Positions 1 to 10,698 of a stretch of DNA of 64,000 nucleotides are shown here, piece after piece (the stretch's first letter is position 1; each line of letters opens with the position of its first letter). This DNA is from Clostridiales bacterium. GTDB lineage: Bacteria; Bacillota; Clostridia; Christensenellales; DTU072. The stretch spans positions 4,327 through 68,326 of the forward strand of contig JAAYOD010000031.1 in NCBI GenBank assembly GCA_012520515.1, given 5' to 3'. The position numbers and the translations under genes are program-made. The notes under the pieces were generated by a model that had not been told where the DNA came from, ran no database searches, and saw nothing but the letters and a program-made list of their open reading frames with translations.

Positions 1-428
1 TGAACAGTTGGAAGTATTTGACCATAAAAAGTAAAAAGTATGGTAATTAAAATTATAGAGCTTAGAAAATTACTAAATGCGCCGCTAAATAGCACAATTA
101 ACCTTTTCCATGGAGCAAGTTCATTAAATGCGCGCGGGTGGCTTGATTTTTTATCTTCGTCATCTTCTTCCCCTTCAAACATACAAAAACCGCCTAATGG
201 AACTGCTCGCAATGAAAAGACTTCGCCATTTTTTTTGTTGGTTTTTTTAAATAGAGCAGGCCCAAAGCCTATTGCAAACTCATTTATTTTAAATCCTAGC
301 GCCTTACCTGCGATATAGTGCCCTAGTTCATGCACAACAACCATAAACATTAGGCATAATATAGCAAGCAGCACATAGCCAATTGTGGACAATGCGCTGG
401 AAAAAGCAACTATTAAAGATAATGTCAT
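1..428 (-). CDS. rseP: RseP/RasP-type site-2 protease (M50 zinc metalloprotease), N-terminal part; gene continues past the left window edge
   Basis: Own translation of the minus strand from the ATG at 426-428: MTLSLIVAFSSALSTIGYVLLAILCLMFMVVVHELGHYIAGKALGFKINEFAIGFGPALF... This gives a TM helix followed by HExxH (HELGH). It sits in the conserved dxr-rseP neighbourhood and has an ATGA start/stop overlap with dxr. It is absent from the ORF track because it is open at the edge. The listed + ORF 40..318 is its antisense shadow. Confidence 0.8.
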   Translation of the reverse strand, partial: MTLSLIVAFSSALSTIGYVLLAILCLMFMVVVHELGHYIAGKALGFKINEFAIGFGPALFKKTNKKNGEVFSLRAVPLGGFCMFEGEEDDEDKKSSHPRAFNELAPWKRLIVLFSGAFSNFLSSIILITILFTFYGQILPTV

Positions 429-1561
429 AATATCCTCCGCGAATTAATATTACTAAAAGTATATTCGCTTACCATTCTATCAATACAATATATTTCTTCT
501 ATACTATTAGCTTTTGCGTCGCTAAATTTGTCTAAAGCCATGCTAATCAGCGCAGGTATGTCATAAAAACCGATTTTGTCTTGTAAGAATGCTTTTACAA
601 GCGTTTCATTTGCGCTGTTAAATACCGTTCCTATTCCATCGCCTTTATCTACAATGTCACAAGCTATCTTGAAGCAAGGAAACCTTTTGGTGTCAATTTC
701 GTCAAAGTTAAGGCTTTTTAGCTTGGCAAAATTTAGCGGTTTTACACTGCTAGGCATTCTGTCGGGATAGCTTAAAGCATACTGTATAGGCAAGGTCATA
801 TCAGGGTTTGACAATCCAGCAAGTATACTGTTATCTTTAAGCTCTACCATAGCGTGAATGATGCTCTCGCTATGCTGTACCACCTTAATATTTTTACAGT
901 CAAAAAGGTATCTGGCTTCTTTGACTTCCATACCTTTATTAACTAGTGTAGCGCAATCAATGGTGACTTTTTTTCCCATTACCCAAGTGGGATGCTTGAG
1001 AGCGTCGCTTGCTGTAACATTTTTTAGTTTTTCATAAGGCCAACCTCTAAATGCGCCGCCTGATGCAGTAAGTATAATGCTTTTTATATCCTTTTGGTTG
1101 CCATTTATTAGTTGCCAAACGGTATTATGCTCACTATCTAGCGGATAAATAACCTTGTTGTTTTGCTCTCTTGCTTTTGTTATTATCTCGCCAGCACAAA
1201 CAAAGCTTTCTTTGTTTGCAGTAGCAAGAATGGCATTAGAGTTTAACACAGCTAAGGTGGGCGCTAAGCCTGCAATGCCGTCTATGCCGTTTATTACTAT
1301 GTCACAGTTATTATAAAGCTCACTGTCAGCTAAAATGTCTTGACTGCACGACAGCGTTTTGCCATCTTTATAAAGAAAATTTTGATTTACGCAGATGGCT
1401 ATGTCTGGATTGTATTTTGCAATAAGATTTTTTAGTCCTTTAAGGTCTGTTTTATTTGCAATTATTGACACCTTAAACTTGTCGGAATGAGCGGACACAA
1501 TGTTTAATGCTGTTGTGCCAATTGAGCCAGTAGCGCCAAGAATTGCAAGTTTTTTCATCAT
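425..1561 (-). CDS. dxr: 1-deoxy-D-xylulose 5-phosphate reductoisomerase
   Basis: MKKLAILGATGSIGTTALNIV NADPH-binding N-terminus, full length, between cdsA and rseP. I place the start at the internal MMKKL (1558/1561), which overlaps the cdsA stop, rather than at the ORF-track start at 1600. Confidence 0.95.
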   Translation of the reverse strand: MMKKLAILGATGSIGTTALNIVSAHSDKFKVSIIANKTDLKGLKNLIAKYNPDIAICVNQNFLYKDGKTLSCSQDILADSELYNNCDIVINGIDGIAGLAPTLAVLNSNAILATANKESFVCAGEIITKAREQNNKVIYPLDSEHNTVWQLINGNQKDIKSIILTASGGAFRGWPYEKLKNVTASDALKHPTWVMGKKVTIDCATLVNKGMEVKEARYLFDCKNIKVVQHSESIIHAMVELKDNSILAGLSNPDMTLPIQYALSYPDRMPSSVKPLNFAKLKSLNFDEIDTKRFPCFKIACDIVDKGDGIGTVFNSANETLVKAFLQDKIGFYDIPALISMALDKFSDAKANSIEEIYCIDRMVSEYTFSNINSRRIL

Positions 1562-2448
1562 TTTATCAATACTATTATTTGCATAATTATGGTAACGCAA
1601 ACGGTGGTAAACATAATACTGTCCACTCTATCCATTATCCCTCCGTGAGAGCCAAGAATCTTGCCAAAATCTTTAATTCCTGTTTGGCGTTTGATTCGGC
1701 TTGCCGCAAGGTCGCCAATTTCTGAAAAGAATGCCACTAAAAAGCCTATTACAGCATAAATCAGTATTGTAAACAATACATTATCTTTTACTAAACTGCC
1801 AAAGGTAAATATAGTATTTGTAGGGAATTTAGCTAGCTCAAAAATAAGATAAACTATTATTGCTCCAACTGCGCCGCCAAAAATGCCGCCTATAAACCCT
1901 GCGCCCGTTTTCTTGGGACTGATTTTGGGGAAAATTTTTCTTTTACCCATAGATGCGCCTACCCAACACGCAAAAGCATCACTGATTGTGGATATGCCTA
2001 TGGCAAGCATAACAGGTATCATACCAAAATCTTTATTTATTATAAATAAAAGCCCTAAAAATATCAGCGGATAGAATATTACTACCACATTCACCGCAAA
2101 ATCATTAAAGGTTTTTTTATCGTCAAATATAAACACCAAAAATGCTATGAGAATGGATAGTATAGCGGTGAAAGTAAGGCCTGTATAGCCTAAAAAGTAG
2201 CAAAGCGGATATATTGCTAAAATAGCAAACGCTAAGGAAATTTTGCTTATTTTATAACCTTTTTGGCTCTCTATTTTGGTGTCTGCGCGCGTTGTTGCAC
2301 CATACATTTCGTAAGTAGCAAGAGCGCATACAGCTAAAAGCACTGCATCAAACACAAAGTGTGAAAAGCCTGTCAGCCAAACAATTAGAAATAGTATTGC
2401 CGCCATTATTAGACCGGCTATTGTTCTTTTAAGCATCAGTTCCTCCAA
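1558..2448 (-). CDS. cdsA: phosphatidate cytidylyltransferase (CDP-diglyceride synthase)
   Basis: Polytopic membrane protein with a C-terminal ...SRIKRQTGIKDFGKILGSHGGIMDRVDS signature, in uppS-cdsA-dxr synteny. Confidence 0.9.
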   Translation of the reverse strand: MEELMLKRTIAGLIMAAILFLIVWLTGFSHFVFDAVLLAVCALATYEMYGATTRADTKIESQKGYKISKISLAFAILAIYPLCYFLGYTGLTFTAILSILIAFLVFIFDDKKTFNDFAVNVVVIFYPLIFLGLLFIINKDFGMIPVMLAIGISTISDAFACWVGASMGKRKIFPKISPKKTGAGFIGGIFGGAVGAIIVYLIFELAKFPTNTIFTFGSLVKDNVLFTILIYAVIGFLVAFFSEIGDLAASRIKRQTGIKDFGKILGSHGGIMDRVDSIMFTTVCVTIIMQIIVLIK

Positions 2449-3124
2449 AGTTTCTCTTAATGGTGTAAAACTTGTTTATTATTTCCTTAACCTTTTCTAT
2501 GTCATAATCAGGCCAAAGAGCGTCTAGAAAAAATAATTCTGAATAGGCAGTTTGCAAGGGCATAAAGTTTGATAGCCTGCTGTATCCGCCATACCTTATG
2601 ACAATGTCAGGATTGGGTACATTGGCGGTATATAGCGCACTAAAAAGCTCATTGGGCGTGAGTGGCGTTGTGTCTTTAAAAAGCATTCTTTTCTTTAGCA
2701 GAATGTCAAAGGCGTTGCAGATTTCTATATCGCCTCCATACCCTATGGCAAGCAGTACTTTCATACCTTTATTGTTAATGCATTTGCTGTTTAATTGGCA
2801 AATGATGTCAACTAGCTTTTCGGGCAGTCTTTTTAAGTCGCCGATTATGCGCACTTGCAAATCTAGTTCTTTAGCCAAAGCTTTTATGTCATTGTCTAAA
2901 AAGTAAGCAATAACACCTAGGATATTGCTTACTTCTTGACTGTTTCGCTTATCGTTGTCTGTGGAAAAAGCATAAAAGCTAGCGCATTCTACATTTAGGT
3001 TATGCAAGTCTGTTAGCGCCTTTACTAAAGCTTTTGCCCCCATTTCATGTCCAGAAAGCCTAGGCAAGTTTCTTTGTTCTGCCCAGCGTCCGTTTCCGTC
3101 CATTATAAAGGAGATATGTTTCAT
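2429..3124 (-). CDS. uppS: undecaprenyl diphosphate synthase
   Basis: MKHISFIMDGNGRWA N-terminus and RYGGYSRLSNFMPLQTAYSELFF C-terminal motif typical of cis-prenyltransferases. Confidence 0.95.
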   Translation of the reverse strand: MKHISFIMDGNGRWAEQRNLPRLSGHEMGAKALVKALTDLHNLNVECASFYAFSTDNDKRNSQEVSNILGVIAYFLDNDIKALAKELDLQVRIIGDLKRLPEKLVDIICQLNSKCINNKGMKVLLAIGYGGDIEICNAFDILLKKRMLFKDTTPLTPNELFSALYTANVPNPDIVIRYGGYSRLSNFMPLQTAYSELFFLDALWPDYDIEKVKEIINKFYTIKRNFGGTDA

Positions 3125-3696
3125 TATACTTTTAGGATTTCCTGCTCTTTTTCAGCGGCAATCTTGTCTATTTCTGCAATTTTTGCCGTTACAACTTTAT
3201 CCACATTGTTTTGACTGTCTTTATGGATATCTTCAGTGATTACCTTAGACTTTTCCAGTGACTTTAGTTGGCTCATAATATCTCTGCGAATGTTTCTGAC
3301 AGCTACCTTGCAATTTTCAGCAAAGGTCTTAACATCTTTTACAAGAGCCTTTCTTCTCTCTTCGGTGGGCTCAGGGAAAACCAGTCTTATAACTTTTCCG
3401 TCATTAACAGGCGTTATGCCAATGTTGGCATCTATAATGGCTTTTTCTACCTTTTTCATTATGGACGCGTCCCACACATTTATCATAAGTACACGGGCTT
3501 CAGGAATGGAGATATTAGCAACTTGGTTTAGAGGAGTGGCTGTGCCATAATAATCAACGGTTATGCCGTCTAAAATATGCATATTGGCTCTGCCTGCTCT
3601 TAAACCTGCAAGGTCACTAACAAAAGACTTGATAGACTTGTTGGTTTTTTCATCTAATTCTTCAAATAATAATTCTAATTCCTCAATCTCGTACAT
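3124..3696 (-). CDS. frr: ribosome recycling factor
   Basis: 190 aa with ...LAGLRAGRANMHILDGITVDYYGTATPLNQVANISIPEAR... Sits in pyrH-frr-uppS synteny. Confidence 0.95.
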   Translation of the reverse strand: MYEIEELELLFEELDEKTNKSIKSFVSDLAGLRAGRANMHILDGITVDYYGTATPLNQVANISIPEARVLMINVWDASIMKKVEKAIIDANIGITPVNDGKVIRLVFPEPTEERRKALVKDVKTFAENCKVAVRNIRRDIMSQLKSLEKSKVITEDIHKDSQNNVDKVVTAKIAEIDKIAAEKEQEILKV

Positions 3697-3762
3697 AATA
3701 ATACCTCGTATTTATTTAATATAAATACTATATCATATACCAATAGATATTTCAAGGATATT

Positions 3763-3797
3763 AAAAAAAGTTCCTTATAGCTTTTTGCTAAGGAACT
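3763..3797 (-). terminator. rho-independent terminator downstream of pyrH
   Basis: Stem agttcctta (3769-3777) pairs with taaggaact (3789-3797). The A-run at 3763-3769 on + is a U-run on the minus transcript. Confidence 0.6.
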
Positions 3798-3824
3798 ATT
3801 TATTTAATAGTGTTTTATAATTAA

Positions 3825-4529
3825 TTATCCTATAACTGTGCCAATCTTTTCACCGTTTATGGCTCGAAGTATGCTGTCCTTTTCAGAAAGACCAAAGGCA
3901 ATGATTGGAATATTGTTTTCCATACACAAGCTGACAGCTGTTGTATCCATTGCAGTAAGACCTTGCTTAATAAAGTCTATATAGGCTATTTTGTCGTACT
4001 TTTTAGCATTGGGATTTCTCTTGGGGTCGCTGTCGTATACGCCATCTACATTTTTGGCAAGAAGCAACACGTCGGCTTGAATTTCGGCAGCTCTAAGTGC
4101 TGCGCCTGTGTCTGTGGAAAAATACGGATTGCCTGTGCCACAGGCAAAAATAACTACTCTGCCTTTTTCAAAATGGCGCAACGCTTTGCCTAAGATATAC
4201 GGCTCTGCTACTCTTTCTATGGTAAGAGCAGTTTGTACTCTAGTAATAACGCCTTTTTTCTCTAGCGCGTCTCTTAAAGCTAAGGCATTAATGATGGTTG
4301 CAAGCATTCCCATATGGTCTGCTGTCGTTCTGTCCATTTCTGTACCTTGGCGGCCACGCCAAAAATTGCCGCCGCCCACCACTATGCCAATATCAACTCC
4401 CAACGCTTTTACTGCTGCGATTTGATTTACAACTTTGTCTATTTTTTCATTGCAAAGTCCAAAGCCTTGCTCGCTAGCTAATGCTTCGCCGCTTATCTTT
4501 AACAACGCTCTCTTATACTTTATTGCCAT
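3825..4529 (-). CDS. pyrH: UMP kinase
   Basis: [14 protein letters not shown]... and GGGNFWRG motifs, 234 aa, tsf-pyrH-frr synteny. Confidence 0.95.
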   Translation of the reverse strand: MAIKYKRALLKISGEALASEQGFGLCNEKIDKVVNQIAAVKALGVDIGIVVGGGNFWRGRQGTEMDRTTADHMGMLATIINALALRDALEKKGVITRVQTALTIERVAEPYILGKALRHFEKGRVVIFACGTGNPYFSTDTGAALRAAEIQADVLLLAKNVDGVYDSDPKRNPNAKKYDKIAYIDFIKQGLTAMDTTAVSLCMENNIPIIAFGLSEKDSILRAINGEKIGTVIG

Positions 4530-4541
4530 AAATACCTCCCT

Positions 4542-4570
4542 AAAAAAAGGCGCTTCGTTTTAGCGCCTTT
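4542..4570 (-). terminator. rho-independent terminator downstream of tsf
   Basis: GC-rich stem aaggcgct (4547-4554) pairs with agcgcctt (4562-4569), flanked by an A-run on + (U-run on the minus transcript). Confidence 0.7.
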
Positions 4571-4581
4571 TAAATCAATAA

Positions 4582-5250
4582 TTACTTAGATTGCATCTTT
4601 GCAACTTGGGCGTTGATTTCTTCAGCGAAATTATCTTCTTTCTTTTCTAGACCTTCGCCCATTTCATATCTTACAAATCTTCTTATTGTAATCTTTTCTC
4701 CAATTGCGCTGCTTGTTTCGGTAAGCAGTTGGCCTATTGTCTTAGATGAATCTTTAACAAAAGGTTGCTCTAGGAGGCATACTTCTTGAAAGTACTTGGA
4801 AATTCTGCCTTCTATCATTTTTTCTATGATAGCCATTGGCTTTGGCTTGTCTTCATTAAGAGCTTGCGCTTTCAATATGCCTTTTTCGTGCTCTACTTCT
4901 GCTTGCGGAACTTCTTCCTTGCTAACATAGCTAGGTTTTGCCGCAGCTATTTGTAGCGCAACATCGTGAACAAAGCTCTTGAACATATCTCCTCTTGCTA
5001 CAAAGTCTGTTTCACAGTTTACTTCTACCAAAACGCCAATTCTTCCACCTAAGTGTATATAAGAATGAACGATACCTTCACTAGCTATCTTGTCAGCTCT
5101 CTTAGCTGCTTTTGCAATTCCTTTTTCTCTTAGATATTCTATTGCTTTTTCCATATCACCATTGGTTGCAACAAGCGCATTTTTGCAATCCATCATACCT
5201 ACATTGGTGCGTGCGCGTAATGTTTGTACATCTTTAGCTGTAAATGCCAT
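4582..5250 (-). CDS. tsf: translation elongation factor Ts (short form)
   Basis: [47 protein letters not shown]-like N-terminus, immediately downstream of rpsB. Confidence 0.95.
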   Translation of the reverse strand: MAFTAKDVQTLRARTNVGMMDCKNALVATNGDMEKAIEYLREKGIAKAAKRADKIASEGIVHSYIHLGGRIGVLVEVNCETDFVARGDMFKSFVHDVALQIAAAKPSYVSKEEVPQAEVEHEKGILKAQALNEDKPKPMAIIEKMIEGRISKYFQEVCLLEQPFVKDSSKTIGQLLTETSSAIGEKITIRRFVRYEMGEGLEKKEDNFAEEINAQVAKMQSK

Positions 5251-5289
5251 TTATATTGTCCTCCCTGATTAATTATTAATAATACTTTT

Positions 5290-6057
5290 TTAGTCTTCCA
5301 CAGTTTGTTCTGCTGTTTCAACTGCTGCTTCTTGAATTTCTTCTTCTACTTTGTCCTCTTCAACAGCTTCTGTTTTGCCCTCTTTTGCTTCAATAACGGC
5401 GTCTGCTAAAATGCTTGTTATAAGCTTAATTGCTCTTATAGCGTCGTCATTGCCTGGAATGGGATAAGTAACTTCGTCGGGGTCACAGTTTGTGTCCACT
5501 ATTCCTATAATGGGAATATTTAAGCTTCTTGCTTCGCTAACTGCTAAGTGTTCTACCTTTAGGTCAACTACAAATACAGCTCCTGGAAGCTCGCGCATAT
5601 TTTTGATACCCCCAAGGTTGGTTTCTAGGGTATCTCTAAGTTTTTTAAGCTTGATAACTTCTTTCTTGGGAAGTAGGTCAAATTCGCCTATTATCTCCAT
5701 TTGATTAAGCTTGTTAAGTCTGTCAATTCTTGTTCTAATGGTGGCAAAATTGGTAAGCGTGCCGCCTAGCCATCTTTGGTTCATGTAAAACATATTGCAT
5801 CTTTCAGCTTCTTGTTGAATAGTTTCTTTAGCTTGCTTTTTCTTACCTACAAAAAGTATGCTCTTGCCGCTTGCTACCACATCACGAACAAAGGCATATG
5901 CTGCTTCAATAGCTTCTACCGTTTGTTCTAGATTGATGATGTGAACATCGTTGCGCGCGTCAAAGATGTACTTTTTCATCTTGGGATTCCATTTTTTAGT
6001 TTGGTGACCAAAATGTACTCCCGCTTCCAAAAGTTGTTTCATTGAAATTACTGACAT
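5290..6057 (-). CDS. rpsB: 30S ribosomal protein S2
   Basis: [27 protein letters not shown] signature, with an acidic C-terminal tail. Confidence 0.97.
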   Translation of the reverse strand: MSVISMKQLLEAGVHFGHQTKKWNPKMKKYIFDARNDVHIINLEQTVEAIEAAYAFVRDVVASGKSILFVGKKKQAKETIQQEAERCNMFYMNQRWLGGTLTNFATIRTRIDRLNKLNQMEIIGEFDLLPKKEVIKLKKLRDTLETNLGGIKNMRELPGAVFVVDLKVEHLAVSEARSLNIPIIGIVDTNCDPDEVTYPIPGNDDAIRAIKLITSILADAVIEAKEGKTEAVEEDKVEEEIQEAAVETAEQTVED

Positions 6058-6164
6058 TGTAAAAAATCCTCCTTGTTTGTATCTCCCCGACTCATATATA
6101 GCGAAGGTGAAAACCTAAATAGGCAACAATCCCCTCTTTGATGTCGGTTCGTAATTTCTTTGTA

Positions 6165-6193
6165 ATAATAGCATATTGTTCACACAATAGCAA
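6165..6193 (-). promoter_or_regulatory. sigma-A type promoter for rpsB-tsf (TTGCTA-N17-TGcTATTAT)
   Basis: Minus strand reads TTGCTA (6193-6188), a 17-nt spacer ending in TGC, then TATTAT (6170-6165). This leaves a ~100-nt leader before the rpsB ATG. Confidence 0.55.
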
Positions 6194-6210
6194 CAGTTTT
6201 TACCAAAAAA

Positions 6211-6522
6211 TTATGCTTGTATTTCTTCATTTAGCATTTCTACCAAATCATTTAGCAAGTCGTCATCTGTTACTGGCAAAAATACCTCTTGTCCATCTTC
6301 GTCAAACGCCATTTCATAAATTAATACTTCATCTTCTTCAATGTCGTCGGTCGCTCGGACAGGTTGCAAATATATATACCATTTATCTTTGTAGTCAAGT
6401 TCTGCAATGTTATAAAATTCTTCCTGTGAACCGTCGTCAAAAGTAAGAGTTATTATTTCATCTTCTTCTTGGATTGTTGTTTGTTGCAAATTGTTTTCGT
6501 CTTTCATTTTTACATTCTCCAT
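6211..6522 (-). CDS. DUF1292-family small acidic protein
   Basis: IITLTFDDGSQEEFYNIAELDYKDKWYIYLQPV pattern, with the usual position directly after ruvX in Firmicutes. Confidence 0.8.
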   Translation of the reverse strand: MENVKMKDENNLQQTTIQEEDEIITLTFDDGSQEEFYNIAELDYKDKWYIYLQPVRATDDIEEDEVLIYEMAFDEDGQEVFLPVTDDDLLNDLVEMLNEEIQA

Positions 6523-6525
6523 TTA

Positions 6526-6936
6526 TTAAATTTTGTTTAAGTAACTTTGTAAAATTATTGTGGCAGCAACCTTATCTACCACGTTTTTGCGTTTTTCTCT
6601 GCGCATTCCTGACTCTATTAGCATTTTTTCCGCTGAAACAGTGCTCCAGCGTTCGTCTTGGTATACCACTTTTGCATCAGTATATTTTTTTAGGTTTTCG
6701 CCAAATTCCTTAACTATTCTTACTCTTTCCCCTTCGCTACCGTCCATATTTATTGGCAAGCCTATTACTATGGTGTCACAGTTGCTTTCCTTTACAAGTT
6801 GAGCAAAATACAGCAAGTCTTTTTGGTGGTCTTTTGTACGTGTGTAGGTTTGGTATCCGCTAGCTATTATGCCCATTGGGTCACTGGTGGCAATTCCTAT
6901 CCTTACATCGCCTATATCTAATGCTATTTTACGCAA
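6526..6936 (-). CDS. ruvX: YqgF/RuvX putative pre-16S rRNA nuclease (Holliday junction resolvase-like)
   Basis: MRKIALDIGDVRIGIATSD N-terminus, DERWSTVSAE motif, 136 aa. Confidence 0.9.
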   Translation of the reverse strand: MRKIALDIGDVRIGIATSDPMGIIASGYQTYTRTKDHQKDLLYFAQLVKESNCDTIVIGLPINMDGSEGERVRIVKEFGENLKKYTDAKVVYQDERWSTVSAEKMLIESGMRREKRKNVVDKVAATIILQSYLNKI

Positions 6937-6940
6937 ATTT

Positions 6941-8686
6941 CTATACCTCTATACTCTCATATCGCTCTTCTGCCTTGTTTGTTAGCGCTTTCCAATTTAG
7001 GTAAGCAAATAGGCTATTAATTAAAAACCCTACTCCAAAAAATATTGCATATTTACTTATAACAGAAATTGTATTATTGCTTATTGAGGAAAACACCAAG
7101 CCTAAAATCATATAATAAAGCCCTATAGCTATACTAGTTAGCATAGGTTTTATTAATCGCTTATTGTTTTTGGTGAGTTCGGTAATATTCTTAAAACGCA
7201 AGTTAGGATTTTTTAAGTCGTTGAGTAGCCCTTGAGAAGTTGAGCCAATGCTACCTAGCATAAGCAACACAAGAGCAAGAATGGCTACAATTATATTATG
7301 GTGACTGCTTACAACAAGTATAGATATCGACGCCACTAGCGCCATTATAAGACCTACGCTGTTACTTACAATCAGCTTTGGTTTTATAATGTCTTTCGCT
7401 GTAATTGGAAGTGTTTTTAGTAAGTAAAGATTTTTACCTTCCATAGAAAAACCTACCATAGCTATTGTGTTTGTCGAAGCCATCATAATTGACGACATAT
7501 ACATAACTAACCCTATCATACTAAAATCTGATGAGAAGCTTTGCTCTGGAGAAAGTTGCATGCTTCTGCCAAAAACTATGGCAAAAAGCGGTACAAACAC
7601 CAATCCCATAAATGTAGACATAAATAATTGCGGTGTGCGTACAATAGTTTTTATTTCCTTTTTTACAAAGGACTTGGTTATGCCCACACTTGCATAGCTA
7701 GTTTTGTATTTTTTATTCTTTGCTTGGCCGCATTCTATCATTACGCGCATACCCTTATTATAGAAAGCAGAGCTAATAAGTACGGCAATTACAAATACTA
7801 GCGCAAGACCTGCAATGTATAAGATAAAATTAAGTAAACTATTGCTGCCTAAAAAAGCATTGACTAAATTGTAGTTAAAGATAGTATATTTTTTGATAGA
7901 CACAAGCATGTTTATAACAGCGGGGGGAAGTAAAACCACACCTTGCTCATCAACATTTTGCTGCATTTCGGCAACAGAGTCTATCAGAAATAGATAAATA
8001 GCTACAATAAGTAAAGATATAATGGCTATAACTATGGTATTTCCAAGCGACCTTTTTTTCAAAAAAGATACAAGGTACATTAGCGGTATGGATATAATAG
8101 ACGCTATTAGCAACGGTAAGATAGGCAGTAAAAAAGTACTTAAGACAGCGTATACATAAAAGTACCATTTTATTGCTACTCCCATTGTGTTTGCTACTAT
8201 ACCATAAGTTATTAGCACTGGCAGACTAAAGAATAGGCACAAGATATATTCTGTCACATATGCCATGCCGTATTTTGCTATAAAAATTGAATTTGGCTTA
8301 ACAGGCAACGATGCAAGGAGCATATTGTCTTTTGAAAAATATAGATAACTAAGCAAAGCCGCTGTGCCAAATAACACCACGATAAATTGAGCGGACACTA
8401 CAAATAAATATAACGCTTCTTCGTGTACGCCGTTTGCTACACATGTTTGGGTAAACATAGCAGTAAACATAGCAATATAAAACAAAATAGCCAGTACACC
8501 TATTGCAATAAGAATACCGACAGCAATTTTACCGCCTTTTTTCTTGGACTTTGCGTCTACGGCTTCCACTTCCTTTTTAATTTTCCTGACAAAGCCAAGC
8601 TTTTTAAGTCCTACATGAAAAGTATCTTTAAATACAGCCTTAAAAATATTAAATGATTGTTTTATCGTCGTCATTATTTGCCTCAA
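6941..8686 (-). CDS. ABC exporter permease, large polytopic membrane protein
   Basis: 581 aa with roughly a dozen hydrophobic segments and no other recognisable domain. It overlaps the 3' end of the ABC ATPase gene by 38 nt, which implies a two-gene transporter. Confidence 0.7.
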   Translation of the reverse strand: MRQIMTTIKQSFNIFKAVFKDTFHVGLKKLGFVRKIKKEVEAVDAKSKKKGGKIAVGILIAIGVLAILFYIAMFTAMFTQTCVANGVHEEALYLFVVSAQFIVVLFGTAALLSYLYFSKDNMLLASLPVKPNSIFIAKYGMAYVTEYILCLFFSLPVLITYGIVANTMGVAIKWYFYVYAVLSTFLLPILPLLIASIISIPLMYLVSFLKKRSLGNTIVIAIISLLIVAIYLFLIDSVAEMQQNVDEQGVVLLPPAVINMLVSIKKYTIFNYNLVNAFLGSNSLLNFILYIAGLALVFVIAVLISSAFYNKGMRVMIECGQAKNKKYKTSYASVGITKSFVKKEIKTIVRTPQLFMSTFMGLVFVPLFAIVFGRSMQLSPEQSFSSDFSMIGLVMYMSSIMMASTNTIAMVGFSMEGKNLYLLKTLPITAKDIIKPKLIVSNSVGLIMALVASISILVVSSHHNIIVAILALVLLMLGSIGSTSQGLLNDLKNPNLRFKNITELTKNNKRLIKPMLTSIAIGLYYMILGLVFSSISNNTISVISKYAIFFGVGFLINSLFAYLNWKALTNKAEERYESIEV

Positions 8687-9407
8687 TTTCGTTTGTTAAA
8701 CCTAAGAATAATTCTTCTAAACTCAAGTCCTCTCTCTTTGCTTTAAGCTCTTTCATATCGCATACAGTGACTAACTTGCCTTTATTAATAATAGCTATTT
8801 TTGTGCATAGCTTTTCTACAACTTCAAGCACATGAGATGAGAAAAATACTACATTGCCTTTAGAGATATGCTCGTTCATTAGCTGTTTTAACGCAAAGCT
8901 TGATTTAGGGTCAAGTCCTGTCATTGGCTCGTCAAGTATCCAAACTTCAGGCTGATGAACCAAAGCTGAGATAATGCTTATCTTTTGTTTCATACCATGG
9001 GAATATGATGAAATGCGCTGAGCTAGCTTATCATGCATATCAAAAGTTTTGGCATACTTTTCTATTCTCTCTTTTCGAACATTAGATTCTACATTGAATA
9101 CATCGGCAATGAAATTTATGTATTCCAAGCCTGTAAGTCCGTCATAAAGTATATTTTCGTCGGCAACATAGCCTATTTTGCTCTTTGCCTCTACGGGATT
9201 GTCTTTAAGGTCGTGACCACAAATAGAAATATGCCCTTGTTCATAGGGTAAAATGCCCGTAATACATTTAATTGTGGTGCTTTTTCCTGCTCCGTTCGGG
9301 CCTAAAAAACCAAATATCTCTCCTGCTTTTACTTCCAAAGAGATATCATCAACAGCTTTTGTGTTGCTGCTCTTGTAAGTTTTACTCAAGTTGTTGATTC
9401 GTATCAT
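8649..9407 (-). CDS. ABC transporter ATP-binding protein
   Basis: Walker [10 protein letters not shown], signature YSHGMKQK, Walker B WILDEP, H-loop SSHVLE. Confidence 0.9.
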   Translation of the reverse strand: MIRINNLSKTYKSSNTKAVDDISLEVKAGEIFGFLGPNGAGKSTTIKCITGILPYEQGHISICGHDLKDNPVEAKSKIGYVADENILYDGLTGLEYINFIADVFNVESNVRKERIEKYAKTFDMHDKLAQRISSYSHGMKQKISIISALVHQPEVWILDEPMTGLDPKSSFALKQLMNEHISKGNVVFFSSHVLEVVEKLCTKIAIINKGKLVTVCDMKELKAKREDLSLEELFLGLTNEIEANNDDDKTII

Positions 9408-9423
9408 AAATTACCTCTCTATA

Positions 9424-10698
9424 TTAACTCTTTCTCCAGATATCTTTATAATTTGCTTCGTCGCCGTTATCAGTCGGAATATAAAACACTCTATCTTTAA
9501 TACTTTCAGGAAGATATTGTTGCTCTACATATCCGCCAAAATCATGGGGATACTTGTATCCCGTAATTTTTTCCGTCTTAAAATTAGTGTCGCGCAAGTA
9601 ATTAGGTACTTTGTTGTGTCCTTCTTCAGCTGCTTTGTCAGCGGCATAAAGAGCGTTTATAACGCTATTTGATTTAGGCGCTTTGCATACATAGATTATA
9701 GCTTCAGTAAGCGGTATCCTTCCTTCAGGCAAGCCTAGTTTTTCTAAGGCAATCATTGCGTTTACTGATATATTTAGCGCATTAGGGTCTGCAAGTCCTA
9801 CATCTTCGGCAGAATGAACTATAAGGCGTCTTGCTATTAGCAACGGGTCGCAACCAGCTTTTATAAGTCTTAGCGCATAAAATACCGCGGCGTCGGGGTC
9901 ACTGCCCCTTAAGCTTTTACAAAAAGCACTAATCATATCATAATAGTCGCTCTCGTCAATGCTAAGAATAGGTTTTTGGGAAGATTGACTAATTATGTCA
10001 GTTGTTATATTAATTTGTCCATTAATGTCAGGGTCAGTAGTTAATACTGCCAGTTCTAAGCTATTTAGAGCAACTCTCATATCGCCGTTTGCTACATAGC
10101 AAAGATGCTCTATAACCTTATCGTCTAATTTTATCAGGTAGTTGCCAAAACCCCTTTCTTTGTCGCTAAGCGCGCGTAAAATGCCTTTTTTGATGTCGTC
10201 GTTTGAGTGGGGACGAAATTGAAAAACACGGCAACGGCTAATTATAGCTTTGGTCATACTGGTATAGGGATTTTCAGTAGTGCTGCCTATAAATATAATT
10301 TCGCCTTTTTCGATCGCTGACAAGACACTGTCTGATTGCGCTTTGTTCCAGCGGTGGCACTCGTCTAGCAATAGATAAGTTTTTTTACCGTAAAAAGCTA
10401 AATTGTCTTTAGCTTGCTCTATTACTTTTTTGGCATCGGCAACACCACTTGAAACTGCGTTTAGGTATACATAGTCAGAATCGGTGGTATTAGCAATTAT
10501 GTTAGCAAGTGTAGTTTTACCTACGCCAGGTGGGCCATAAAAAATACAGCTGCCTAGACGGTCTGCCTTAATTGCCCTACGCAAAAGAGAACCTGCGCCT
10601 ACAATATGCTCTTGTCCAATAAACTCGTCCAAAGAGCGCGCTCTCATCCTGTCTGCTAAGGGGCTGTTTTGACTTCTATTGCTTGCAAAAATATCCAT
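9424..10698 (-). CDS. rarA: replication-associated recombination protein A (AAA+ ATPase RarA/MgsA)
   Basis: RMRARSLDEFIGQEHIVG..., Walker A GPPGVGKTT, Walker B LLLDECHRWNKAQ, and a C-terminal MgsA-type helical domain (DPDAAVFYALRLI). Confidence 0.9.
   Translation of the reverse strand: MDIFASNRSQNSPLADRMRARSLDEFIGQEHIVGAGSLLRRAIKADRLGSCIFYGPPGVGKTTLANIIANTTDSDYVYLNAVSSGVADAKKVIEQAKDNLAFYGKKTYLLLDECHRWNKAQSDSVLSAIEKGEIIFIGSTTENPYTSMTKAIISRCRVFQFRPHSNDDIKKGILRALSDKERGFGNYLIKLDDKVIEHLCYVANGDMRVALNSLELAVLTTDPDINGQINITTDIISQSSQKPILSIDESDYYDMISAFCKSLRGSDPDAAVFYALRLIKAGCDPLLIARRLIVHSAEDVGLADPNALNISVNAMIALEKLGLPEGRIPLTEAIIYVCKAPKSNSVINALYAADKAAEEGHNKVPNYLRDTNFKTEKITGYKYPHDFGGYVEQQYLPESIKDRVFYIPTDNGDEANYKDIWRKS

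Noticed and set aside
40-318. 92-aa + strand ORF at the left edge
   Set aside because: It is antisense to the clearly recognisable rseP N-terminus (HELGH), which is missing from the track only because it is open-ended.
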